Of a stretch of DNA of 64,000 bases, positions 9,128 through 18,512 are shown piece after piece (within the stretch, counting starts at the first letter, position 1; each line of letters begins with the position of its first letter). The notes under the pieces are model-generated. The model was not told the origin of the DNA, did not search any database, and saw only the letters and a program-made list of their open reading frames with translations. Made by a program: the position numbers and the translations under genes. Source of the stretch: a bacterium (GTDB lineage: Bacteria; SAR324; XYD2-FULL-50-16); NCBI GenBank assembly GCA_032250835.1, contig JAVVEA010000005.1:1-64000 (forward strand), given 5' to 3'.

Positions 9128-11089
9128 ATGATTGTTGATATTGGTTATTACGCCCTGCTGTCCGCTTTGGTCCTCACCCTGTTCGGTATCTTCGCCGGGC
9201 TTTCGGGTATCCATAAGGACAGCAACAACCTGATCATTTCCTTTCGCTACTCGATCATAGCGGTTTTCGGTTTAGTTGCGGTTGCCTATGCAGCGCTTAG
9301 CTATGCGTTCTTGAGCAACGACTTCACCGTTAAGTTTGTCGCCAATAACTCCAGCACCGACCTCCCGATATTCTATAAGATAACCGCCGTTTGGGGCGGT
9401 TTGGAAGGTTCGCTGCTCTTGTGGCAAATCATCTTATGTTCCTTCGCGGCCATCGTCGCGATCCGCTACGCTAAGTCCAACCGGGAAACACTGCCCTATA
9501 CGCTGGTGGTCTTGCAGTTAAGCACCCTCTTTTTGTTGTTCCTGCTGATCGGCTGGTCGAACCCCTTTGAGCGGATTTTCCCAATCCCCGCCGAGGGACG
9601 CGGCTTAAATCCGCTGTTACAAAACCCCGGCATGGTCGCCCACCCGCCTGCGTTATACCTGGGTTATGTGGGGTTTAACATCCCCTTCGCCTTCGCCATG
9701 GGCAGCTTGCTGTCTAAAAAACCCAACGATGATTGGATTTTAACGACCCGCCGCTGGACCCTGATCAGTTGGTTCTTTTTGACTATGGGTATGATCTTAG
9801 GCGGCAACTGGGCCTATGTGGAATTGGGCTGGGGCGGTTATTGGGCCTGGGACCCAGTAGAAAACGCTTCGCTGATGCCCTGGCTGACGGGTACCGCTTT
9901 CTTGCACTCGGTGATGGTCCAAGAAAAACGCAACGGGCTGAAACTTTGGAACTTGATGTTGATCATTGGGACCTTTGCCCTTTCGATCTTAGGCACCTTC
10001 ATCACCCGCTCGGGCGTGCTCAACTCGGTCCACGCCTTTAGTAAGTCCAACATTGGCCCGGCTTTCTTGGTTTTCATCGCCCTCATCTTAGTCGGCTCTT
10101 ACGCGCTGCTGTACGTGCGCCAAAGCCGCTTTGCCATCAAAGAAAAAGCCAAGGGTTTTTTGAGCAAGGAGAACGGCTTCTTGCTCAACAACTTGGTCTT
10201 TGTGGCGATGGCATTCACCGTCTTTTACGGCACCGTCTTCCCGCTCTTGGCCGAAGGCTTGGCCAACAAGAAAATCAGCATCCAGGCCCCCTTCTTTAAC
10301 AGCATCATGTTGCCTTTGGGCGTGTTCACCATCTTCTTGATGGGCGTCACCCAGGCCTTAGGTTGGAAAAAGACCAGCAACCAGATGTTGCGGCGTGAAT
10401 TAATGGCCCCCGTTATCCTCTCGGTGGCTTTTGCGGTAGTGATGCCTTTCTTGGTAGAGACCTCTTGGCAGATGCTGTTGATGTCAACCATGACCCTCTT
10501 TGCGCTGTACGTGAACGTGCTTGAACTGGTGCGCAGTTTCCGCGGCGGGTTCCAGCGCAAGACCAAGTCCGGCGGTGGGTCGAAGCTCAAATCGATCTTA
10601 ACGGACCGGCGCAAGCGCGGCGGTTTGATCGTGCATTTGGGTGTGGTGGTCATGATGATCGGCTTTACCGGCAACTTCTTCGGCGAAGAGGGGGCCTTTA
10701 CGCTCAATCGGGGCGAAACCCACGCTTTTGCCGGGTACCAGCTAAAATACACCGAGGCGCTTGAATATAAGCAGCTCAACGCGGAACATGTCGGTGCCCG
10801 CATCTTGATCAGCAGAGACGGTGTCTCCGAAGGGGAGATTTTACCTTCTAAGGCCTTCTACCCGACCCGTCCCGAACCGATGACCGAGGTGGCCATCCAC
10901 CGCACCCTGGTCCACGACCTATATGTTAGTTTGGCTTCGATCAACGAGGACGGCTCGGCGACGCTGAATCTTTACTTCAACCCCATGGTCAACTTCGTCT
11001 GGGCCAGTATGGGCCTTTACATCTTAGGTTTGGCCTATAGCCTCTCCTACAAGCCAGCCCAAAAACGCGGCGGACACCTAAAGGAATAG
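9128..11089 (+). CDS. ccmF: Heme lyase CcmF
   Basis: WGGYWAWDPVENASLMPW (WWD domain), HPP, SVHAF. Confidence 0.97.
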   Translation: MIVDIGYYALLSALVLTLFGIFAGLSGIHKDSNNLIISFRYSIIAVFGLVAVAYAALSYAFLSNDFTVKFVANNSSTDLPIFYKITAVWGGLEGSLLLWQIILCSFAAIVAIRYAKSNRETLPYTLVVLQLSTLFLLFLLIGWSNPFERIFPIPAEGRGLNPLLQNPGMVAHPPALYLGYVGFNIPFAFAMGSLLSKKPNDDWILTTRRWTLISWFFLTMGMILGGNWAYVELGWGGYWAWDPVENASLMPWLTGTAFLHSVMVQEKRNGLKLWNLMLIIGTFALSILGTFITRSGVLNSVHAFSKSNIGPAFLVFIALILVGSYALLYVRQSRFAIKEKAKGFLSKENGFLLNNLVFVAMAFTVFYGTVFPLLAEGLANKKISIQAPFFNSIMLPLGVFTIFLMGVTQALGWKKTSNQMLRRELMAPVILSVAFAVVMPFLVETSWQMLLMSTMTLFALYVNVLELVRSFRGGFQRKTKSGGGSKLKSILTDRRKRGGLIVHLGVVVMMIGFTGNFFGEEGAFTLNRGETHAFAGYQLKYTEALEYKQLNAEHVGARILISRDGVSEGEILPSKAFYPTRPEPMTEVAIHRTLVHDLYVSLASINEDGSATLNLYFNPMVNFVWASMGLYILGLAYSLSYKPAQKRGGHLKE

Positions 11090-11622
11090 TGGGAATGAAC
11101 CGAAAGTTAGTCTTTGCCGTCGCTGGGTTGGTTTTTACGGGCTTTGTCTCCTTAATGGTCTTCGGGCTTTTTTATGCCTCCAATCCCAAGGAAATCCCTT
11201 CAGCCTTGATCGGCACCAAGGCCTCCAATTTCTCGACCGTTACCTTTAATGGTCAGCCCATCTCGCTCGAACAGTTTAAAGGCCACCCGGTAATTTTAAA
11301 CTTTTGGGCTAGTTGGTGTGTCTCTTGCCGCCAAGAAGCCCATATCATCGAAACAGCGCACCTGAAATACACACCCAAAGGGGCTGTGTTTATCGGGATC
11401 GCCATCAATGACACCCGAGAAAAATCCTTAGGATTTATCCGCAAATATGGTAAAACCTATTTACTCGGGCCCGACGACGAGATCGGCACTATCTCCCTAA
11501 ACTACGGCGTTTCGGCCGTACCCGAGACTTTCTTTATCGACCAAGAAGGCGTGATCCGTTTCAAATCACTCGGACCGGTCCAGCCGGGCGCGATCGATGA
11601 ATTTTTAGATTCACAACTATAG
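11089..11622 (+). CDS. ccmG: Thiol:disulfide oxidoreductase CcmG/DsbE (TlpA family)
   Basis: LNFWASWCVSC, YGVSAVPETFFID, N-terminal TM. Confidence 0.88.
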   Translation: MGMNRKLVFAVAGLVFTGFVSLMVFGLFYASNPKEIPSALIGTKASNFSTVTFNGQPISLEQFKGHPVILNFWASWCVSCRQEAHIIETAHLKYTPKGAVFIGIAINDTREKSLGFIRKYGKTYLLGPDDEIGTISLNYGVSAVPETFFIDQEGVIRFKSLGPVQPGAIDEFLDSQL

Positions 11623-11633
11623 ACCCATCCACC

Positions 11634-12095
11634 ATGAGAACGCTGATCTTCATTCTGACCCTGATGCTGCTGACCCCGGCGGTCTACAGTGCCAATTATA
11701 CCGACGAAGCCTTGGAACAACGGGTACGCGAAATTTCCCATAAATTGCGCTGCCCAACCTGTCAGGCCATGTCGGTGAAGGAGTCCGAAGCAGGGCTTTC
11801 AAACAATATGAAAGCCATGATCCGCGCCCAGCTACAAGAAGGCAAAAGCGAGGAAGAAATCCTCAAATTCTTTGTCGCTCGTTATGGTGAGTGGATATTG
11901 CGCAACCCAACCAAGTCGGGCTTCAATCTGCTTTTGTGGTTTGGACCTGGAGTCTTGATGGTCTTGATTGGTATTTGGGTGGTCTGGCGCGCAAAACGCC
12001 GGGAATTGCATCTAGACCCTTACTCACCGGAATTAAGCCAAAGTGAATCGGCCGAGGTGGAAGCTGATTTAAAAAAACTTTCACAAGAGGATTGA
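11634..12095 (+). CDS. ccmH: Cytochrome c biogenesis protein CcmH
   Basis: LRCPTCQ motif, FFVARYGEWIL, C-terminal TM. Confidence 0.93.
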   Translation: MRTLIFILTLMLLTPAVYSANYTDEALEQRVREISHKLRCPTCQAMSVKESEAGLSNNMKAMIRAQLQEGKSEEEILKFFVARYGEWILRNPTKSGFNLLLWFGPGVLMVLIGIWVVWRAKRRELHLDPYSPELSQSESAEVEADLKKLSQED

Positions 12096-12098
12096 GCC

Positions 12099-12371
12099 AT
12101 GGGTACCTTGATTGTATGCAGTTTGCTTTCGGTGGTCATCGCTCTGCTGGTTGCCCGACCCTTTTTCTCGACCCAAGAAAAGCCCTATTTTGACCCCAAC
12201 GCCGAAGCCCACGTTTTCGACGAGAAGATCTCGTTATTAGAGACGATCCAAGAATTAGAAATGGATTTTCGCATGGGTAAGTTGACCCGTGAAGAATTTG
12301 AAGCGCTGTCTAACGACTCCAAGCGAGACTACCTCAAGCTCAAGCACCAAGGCGACGAACCCCAAGCCTAA
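12099..12371 (+). CDS. Small membrane protein resembling CcmI/CycH N-terminus
   Basis: TM helix then IQELEMDFRMGKLTREEFEAL; last gene of ccm operon. Confidence 0.6.
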   Translation: MGTLIVCSLLSVVIALLVARPFFSTQEKPYFDPNAEAHVFDEKISLLETIQELEMDFRMGKLTREEFEALSNDSKRDYLKLKHQGDEPQA

Positions 12372-12869
12372 TTGCTGCGCCGACAGTTCCAGGGTGATGC
12401 TCCTGGGCTTTGCGCTTGAAGGCTCCGCTTGAAGCGGTAGGTTTACAGCGATAGGAGACTTTATGGGCAGACCTACTGACGGCCAGATCAGCAGGCTGGG
12501 GCGAGCCCGAAGCTAGGTACCTTAGCGGCCAAAGGCCCGGGCTTCCTCCCCTCGAAATTAGGTCCGGGCTGTTGGAGCCGGAGCCGAACCTTTGGGTGGC
12601 CCTCCTGCTATCCTAATCCAACCGCACCCAGCCCTCATCATCTAATGCCTGGGCCTCCTACCTCAAGCCATTGGCCCCGGTGGATGCGCTTGCGGCAAGC
12701 CGGCTTGCATTTGCCCCCATTTGGCACCAGCATCGATTGACGGCTAATAAAGTCCATGGCCCGGCAAGAACTGGTTTCTCAAGGGGTCGGGGCAATGCTC
12801 TGCCTCCTTTGAGGACTGGTCAAAACCGGGTTTTTCGCCTATTCTTATCCAAACTCATTTGGATCTAAT

Positions 12870-14864
12870 ATGGAACTACCCATTTTACAAGACTTAGCCA
12901 TCCTCTTCGGGATCTCGATTCTGGTGGCTTTCGCCAGCGTCAAAGCGAAGTTACCGGCGCTCATTGGCTACCTCTTAACCGGCGTGATGGCGGGTCCCTA
13001 CGGCCTTGGGTTGATCCACGGGGTACATGACGTTGAAGTCTTAGCCGAAATCGGCGTGATCCTCTTGCTCTTCGCCATTGGCTTAGAATTTAGCTTTAAA
13101 GACCTGCTACGCATCAAGAAATCGGTCTTTCTCGGCGGCGGTCTACAGGTGACCATCACCCTGGGGCTGGTCGCTGCCTTTGCCCTAACCCTCGGACAGG
13201 GCTGGCAATATGCTCTATTCTTGGGCACCTTGGTGGCGCTTTCGTCTACCGCCATTGTTTTAAAGCTGTTCCAGGAAAAGGGCTGGATGGATAGCCCCTA
13301 CGGTCAAAATGCCCTAGCCATCTTGATCTTTCAGGACATGGCCATTGTCCCCTTGATGCTGTTGGTGCCCTTTTTGGCGGGCCAAGGTGGCGAGGGAAAT
13401 GGCCTCTGGCTATTGCTGGCCAAGGGCTTGGGGATCGTCGTCGGGGTCTTTCTTATGAGCCGTTATGTGGTTCCCTTCCTGCTCTATCACGTGGCGCGCA
13501 CCCGTAGCCGTGAATTATTTTTGCTCACCATCTGCGCTCTCGGCTTGACAGTCGCCTGGGCGACCAATCTAGGGGGGCTCTCGCTGGGCTTAGGGGCCTT
13601 CATGGCGGGATTGATCATTTCCGACTCAGATTACGGCACCTATGCCTTAAGTTCGATCCTGCCCTTTAGGGACGTTTTCAGCAGCCTATTCTTCGTATCC
13701 ATCGGGATGCTGCTCAACCTAAGCTACTTTTTTGAAAACTGGGTCACCGTTTTAGCCCTCGGTTTTTTGGTGGTGGTCTCCAAAGGTCTGGTGGTCGCCC
13801 TGGCCGGTTGGGTCTTAAAGCTTTCGGTCAAGACGGTGGTGATCCTCTCCTTTGCGCTAAGCCAAATCGGGGAGTTTTCTTTTGTTATCGCTAAGTCAGG
13901 CTTGGATTTAGGGTTGCTCGAACCGGACCGCTATCAGTTGTTTTTAAGCATTACGGTCATGAGCATGGCCCTGGCCCCCCTGTTGATCATGGCCGCTCCT
14001 CGTATGGCCGAGCTATTGGCGCGCGGCCTGATGCCGGTCTTCCGGCACAAGGACATAGAGCCCCATGGCCGAAATAAGCTAAAGGACCATTTGATCATCG
14101 TCGGGTATGGCGTAACGGGGCAAATGCTTTCACGGGCCGCTAAAGCCGCAGGAACCAGCTTTGTGGTGTTGGAGATGAACGCCGAGACGGTACGGCGCGA
14201 AAAGGCCCAAGGCCTACCTATCTACTTTGGCGATTCCACCCATGAGGAAGTCTTAGAACACCTAAACATCCACGCAGCCCGGATCTTAAGCGTCGCCATC
14301 AGTGACCCCATGGCTACCGCCGCCACGGTCAGACTGGCCAAGAGCCTCAACCCTTCGCTTTACGTGATCGCCCGCACCCGCTTTGTGAACCAGCTAGAAA
14401 AGCTCTACGAAGCAGGCGCAGACGAAGTGGTTACGGCGGAATACGAAGCCTCGGTAGAGATCTTTGCCAGGGTCTTGCATCAATACATGATCCCCCAAGA
14501 CGAGATCGAACGCTTTGTCAGTGAAGTCCGCGCCGATGGCTACCGGATGCTGCGCAAAATGGGCGGGGTCCCGGCGAGCAACCTCAACCTAAAGACCCAT
14601 TTAGTGGGCCTGGAAATCCGCAATTTGCGTATTGGTGATGGCCCTGGGGCTTTTTGCAGTAGCCTTAAAGATTTAGACCTTCGCGCAAGGTTCGGCGTGA
14701 CCGCCCTGGCGATCCGCGATCATGAAGGCAAACTAACGGCCAACCCGCCGGCGGACTCGCCGGTTTGTCCGGGCGACGAGGTCTTGATTCTAGGTGAACC
14801 CCAACAACTAGCCCAAGCGGCCCTCTTCCTTTCACCGCCCAAAACTGCGGCAAACCCGGCTTAG
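12870..14864 (+). CDS. CPA2-family (KefB/KefC-like) cation:proton antiporter with TrkA-N and TrkA-C domains
   Basis: LAEIGVILLLFAIGLEFS, LSSTAIVLK, ILIFQD, LIIVGYGVTG, C-terminal RCK-C. Confidence 0.9.
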   Translation: MELPILQDLAILFGISILVAFASVKAKLPALIGYLLTGVMAGPYGLGLIHGVHDVEVLAEIGVILLLFAIGLEFSFKDLLRIKKSVFLGGGLQVTITLGLVAAFALTLGQGWQYALFLGTLVALSSTAIVLKLFQEKGWMDSPYGQNALAILIFQDMAIVPLMLLVPFLAGQGGEGNGLWLLLAKGLGIVVGVFLMSRYVVPFLLYHVARTRSRELFLLTICALGLTVAWATNLGGLSLGLGAFMAGLIISDSDYGTYALSSILPFRDVFSSLFFVSIGMLLNLSYFFENWVTVLALGFLVVVSKGLVVALAGWVLKLSVKTVVILSFALSQIGEFSFVIAKSGLDLGLLEPDRYQLFLSITVMSMALAPLLIMAAPRMAELLARGLMPVFRHKDIEPHGRNKLKDHLIIVGYGVTGQMLSRAAKAAGTSFVVLEMNAETVRREKAQGLPIYFGDSTHEEVLEHLNIHAARILSVAISDPMATAATVRLAKSLNPSLYVIARTRFVNQLEKLYEAGADEVVTAEYEASVEIFARVLHQYMIPQDEIERFVSEVRADGYRMLRKMGGVPASNLNLKTHLVGLEIRNLRIGDGPGAFCSSLKDLDLRARFGVTALAIRDHEGKLTANPPADSPVCPGDEVLILGEPQQLAQAALFLSPPKTAANPA

Positions 14865-14876
14865 GAGACTTAGGCT

Positions 14877-15812
14877 ATGCGTATCGCCATTGTGATGGAT
14901 CCCTTAAACCTGATCCACATCGACAAGGACACGACCTTTGCGCTCTCATTAGAGGCCCAAAATCGTGGTGATGAGATCTTCTACATCGCGCCGGAAACCC
15001 TGTTCGTTAAGGACTCACAGGTTTATGCTTTTTGCCTGCCCGTCCGGTTCGAGCGGGCCGATCCCTGCTGGAATCACCCCCGGCCCGGTCAGACCGAATG
15101 CCTAGACGACTTTGACTATGTCTTGATGCGCAAGGACCCGCCCTTTGACGAGCAGTATTTTATGCTCACCCACTTCTTGTCACTGGTCAAAGGAGCCCGC
15201 GTAGCCAACCGTGCCGAAAGCTTACGCAACGCGCCCGAGAAGCTCTATAGCCTCAACTTTCCGGGCATCTATCCCCCTAGCCTGATCAGCATGGACCCGC
15301 AGGAGATCCGGTCCTTCATGGAAGAGCAGGGCGGAGAAATCATCATCAAACCGCTGAACCGGGCCGGTGGTTCTGGGATCATTTACCTGCACGACCAAGA
15401 CAAAAACTTTAACAGCCTAATTGAGCTTTCTACCCTTGAGGGTAAAGAATTCATCATCGCCCAACGCTACCTTCCCGAGGTACGGCGCGGTGATAAACGA
15501 ATCATCTTAGTGGGTGGGGAGGCCTTAGGGGCGGTCTGGCGGATTCCGGCGGATCATGAACACCGAGGCAACATCCACGTAGGCGGCAGGGTCGAGTTAG
15601 CCGAAATCACCGAACGGGACCGATGGCTGATTAGCCACTTCGACAAGCAGTTGGTGGCCGATGGGCTCTTTTTTGTGGGCATCGATGTGATCGGCGATTA
15701 CATTACCGAAATCAACGTGACCAGTCCAACGGGGATACAAGAGATTTTGCAGCTAGGCGGCGCGGATATTGCCAAAAGCTTTTGGGATAGGATCGGCGAC
15801 TTTCCCCTTTAG
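14877..15812 (+). CDS. gshB: Glutathione synthetase
   Basis: MDP..KDTT, MRKDPPFD, GDKRI, EINVTSPTG. Confidence 0.95.
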   Translation: MRIAIVMDPLNLIHIDKDTTFALSLEAQNRGDEIFYIAPETLFVKDSQVYAFCLPVRFERADPCWNHPRPGQTECLDDFDYVLMRKDPPFDEQYFMLTHFLSLVKGARVANRAESLRNAPEKLYSLNFPGIYPPSLISMDPQEIRSFMEEQGGEIIIKPLNRAGGSGIIYLHDQDKNFNSLIELSTLEGKEFIIAQRYLPEVRRGDKRIILVGGEALGAVWRIPADHEHRGNIHVGGRVELAEITERDRWLISHFDKQLVADGLFFVGIDVIGDYITEINVTSPTGIQEILQLGGADIAKSFWDRIGDFPL

Positions 15813-15836
15813 AGGAAAAGCCGCCAAAAAAGGCGG

Positions 15837-16031
15837 TTAGACAGCCTGTACGTTAGTCGCGCAGGGGCCCTTGAGCCCTTCCGTGATTTCGTACTCCACG
15901 GCCATGCCCTCTTCTAGCCTAGCTCCCATGCCGAGCCCGGATTTATGAACGAAGAGTTCCCGTCCATTAGGTTGGATAATAAAGCCGTAGCCTTTTTTGA
16001 CGTCGTACCACTTGACCTTGCCCTGTTCCAT
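15837..16031 (-). CDS. Cold-shock protein
   Basis: GKVKWY..KKGYGFI, LFVHKS, GLKGPCATNV. Confidence 0.93.
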   Translation of the reverse strand: MEQGKVKWYDVKKGYGFIIQPNGRELFVHKSGLGMGARLEEGMAVEYEITEGLKGPCATNVQAV

Positions 16032-16224
16032 TGTTCTACTCTCCTGAAAACGTTATGCGGAGTGATGGCGTTCCGATTTTGATAGTAAGCAAGCTTTCCC
16101 CACAAGAGCAAGAAAAATGTAAAGAATCTTTCTATTTCTTCATTTTCTTGCGATAGGTCTTGAGAAGCCAGGGGCCGAAGCAGAGGCCAATTTATCCGAA
16201 AACCCGACCTATTTTACCGGTAAT

Positions 16225-16950
16225 ATGCCGATCTACCAACTGCCCAAAGAGTTCCTCTTCCCGCATCCAGAAGAGGCTGAAACTGAAGGGATTTTAGCCG
16301 TCGGAGGGGGGTTAGAACCGGAGCGTTTATTGCTCGCATACCAGATGGGCATTTTTCCCTGGTATGACCACAACACCCCGATTTTGTGGTGGTCACCTGA
16401 TCCGCGGCTGTTGATCTACCCCAAAGAAGTGCATGTTTCCAAAACACTTAAGCGGGTGCTGCGTTCGGGAAAGTTTCGGGTGAGTTTTGACCAAGCCTTT
16501 GGCCAAGTGATCGAAGCCTGCGCGGTCACCAAACGTGAAGGCCAGGAGGGCACTTGGATTTTAGACGAGATGGTCGAAGCCTATACGGAGCTGCACCGCC
16601 AAGGCTACGCCCATTCGGTAGAATGCTGGGAAGAGGGCGTCTTGGTGGGAGGGCTGTACGGGATTTCCATCGGGGCGGCCTTTTTTGGCGAAAGTATGTT
16701 CAGCCATCGCCCCGACGCCTCTAAAACCGCCTTGGTTTATCTATGCGCCCAGTTGGACGCCTGGAATTTTGAGCTGGTTGACTGCCAAGTGCCCACGGAC
16801 CACCTCAAGCGCATGGGGGCCATTGAGGTGCCGCGTAGACTTTTTTTAGAGCAACTGGGCCAAGCGCTCCAGCAAGAAACCCGACTAGGGACCTGGAGCT
16901 TCGATCTCAACCAGGACACTCTTGGTTTGTGCTTCCGAAAAATAGACTAA
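16225..16950 (+). CDS. aat: Leucyl/phenylalanyl-tRNA--protein transferase
   Basis: GIFPW, WWSPDPR, AHSVECW, FFGESMFS. Confidence 0.95.
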   Translation: MPIYQLPKEFLFPHPEEAETEGILAVGGGLEPERLLLAYQMGIFPWYDHNTPILWWSPDPRLLIYPKEVHVSKTLKRVLRSGKFRVSFDQAFGQVIEACAVTKREGQEGTWILDEMVEAYTELHRQGYAHSVECWEEGVLVGGLYGISIGAAFFGESMFSHRPDASKTALVYLCAQLDAWNFELVDCQVPTDHLKRMGAIEVPRRLFLEQLGQALQQETRLGTWSFDLNQDTLGLCFRKID

Positions 16951-17652
16951 ATAGTGCGGTGCTTTGGCAAAGTAGCCAAAGTTAAACTTCGACTGTTCGG
17001 GCGGTAGCAACATTTGCAACATGGGGTTGGTGGGGGTCACGACCAGTTCTAAAACCGCAGCCTTCCCCCTGACGGTATCCATCTGCACCTCTCCTTCAAG
17101 CTTCGCCACCACATCAATCTTCGCCATATCCCGGCTCATGCCCTTTTTTTCCAATTCAAAGGCCAACTGGGGTAGGTAGAGCTTAAAATTAAGGTCACCC
17201 TTTGATTTGATTTCGCTGAGGTGCTTTTGCAGGAAAAGGGTCAGCAATTCAAAGGGAACCAAATCCCCTGCTAAAGATTCGCCAAAGCTCCGCTTTTTAC
17301 CCTCTAATTCCACTTGCGAAACCAACCGGCCTTTTTGCACCAAGTCCGTTACCTTTAAGCCCCTTCGGTGGTCGACTTCTTGGTAACTGAGCAGGTATCC
17401 CCTAGAATCAAAGAGGCTGTGTTTCTCCTGAAATAGCTTTCCTTCAGGCTTGCGGTTCAGCAGCCGCTCTTCAATACGCCCCCGGTCATCGCGGTGGTAG
17501 GAGAGCTCCGAAAAACCGGTGATCTGTTGACTCTTTTGATTTCGGTGTTCATATCTAAGCTTTAGCCCCCCCTCCAGCAAAGCGGAATAGCTTTCCGCCC
17601 AGGCTACGGAGTTCCAACAGAGCAACGCCAAAACCAACACTAAACGCTTCAT
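16885..17652 (-). CDS. Hypothetical exported protein
   Basis: Signal peptide MKRLVLVLALLCWNSVAWA; long ORF; 3' end overlaps aat by 66 nt. Confidence 0.7.
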   Translation of the reverse strand: MKRLVLVLALLCWNSVAWAESYSALLEGGLKLRYEHRNQKSQQITGFSELSYHRDDRGRIEERLLNRKPEGKLFQEKHSLFDSRGYLLSYQEVDHRRGLKVTDLVQKGRLVSQVELEGKKRSFGESLAGDLVPFELLTLFLQKHLSEIKSKGDLNFKLYLPQLAFELEKKGMSRDMAKIDVVAKLEGEVQMDTVRGKAAVLELVVTPTNPMLQMLLPPEQSKFNFGYFAKAPHYLVYFSEAQTKSVLVEIEAPGP

Positions 17653-18496
17653 GGGTAGACTCCGATTTACCAAAATGCAAGGAACGGGAAACGACTATGT
17701 TTACCTTAACCTCACCGAAGAGCAAGTGTCAAAGCCGCAAGATTTAGCTATCCGCTTGAGCGACCGGCGTTTTGGTATCGGGTCAGACGGTTTGGTTTTG
17801 ATCGACCGGGGCCGTCAGGCAGACCTGTCGATGCGCATGTTCAATGCCGACGGTAGCGAATCGGAAATGTGCGGCAACGCCATCCGTTGCGTCGCTAAGT
17901 ATGGCTTCGAACATGGCTTGGTTCAAAAGACCGAACTGACCGTTGAAACCTTAGCGGGCACTAAAGAAATCAGTCTGATTTTAGACGATTGGGGCCGGGT
18001 GGATTCGGTACGCGTCAATATGGGCCTACCGGAACTCGACCCCGCCCGCATCCCGGCTTTGGTAGAGGGCACCCGCTGCATCGACCAAACGTTCGATTTC
18101 GGATCTTTTGCCATAAAAGGCACCTTGGTTAGTATGGGCAACCCCCACCTGGTTACCTTCGTTGAAGACTTAGAAAACACGCCGGTCGGAGTTTGGGGCC
18201 CGATCATCGAAACCGACCCACGCTTTCCCAACCGCATCAACGTAGAATTCCTGCAGCTCGTCGACTCAGGCCACGCCAAGCAGCGCACCTGGGAACGCGG
18301 CTCTGGTGAAACCTTATCCTGCGGTACCGGAGCTTCGGCGGCCCTGGTCGCCGGGGTCTTGACCAGTAGGTTGACCAGCCCGGCCCGCATCCAACTGCTG
18401 GGTGGGGAACTCACCATCGAGTGGCCCGGTGAGGGCGGTGCGCTCTTGATGAGCGGGGATGCCGTCGAAGTCTTTGAAGGTCACGTAGAGCGCTAA
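17651..18496 (+). CDS. dapF: Diaminopimelate epimerase
   Basis: FTKMQGTGNDY, EMCGNAIRC, GNPH, ERGSGETLSCGTG. Confidence 0.96.
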   Translation: MGRLRFTKMQGTGNDYVYLNLTEEQVSKPQDLAIRLSDRRFGIGSDGLVLIDRGRQADLSMRMFNADGSESEMCGNAIRCVAKYGFEHGLVQKTELTVETLAGTKEISLILDDWGRVDSVRVNMGLPELDPARIPALVEGTRCIDQTFDFGSFAIKGTLVSMGNPHLVTFVEDLENTPVGVWGPIIETDPRFPNRINVEFLQLVDSGHAKQRTWERGSGETLSCGTGASAALVAGVLTSRLTSPARIQLLGGELTIEWPGEGGALLMSGDAVEVFEGHVER

Positions 18497-18512
18497 AAAT
18501 AAAGCAAACCAG

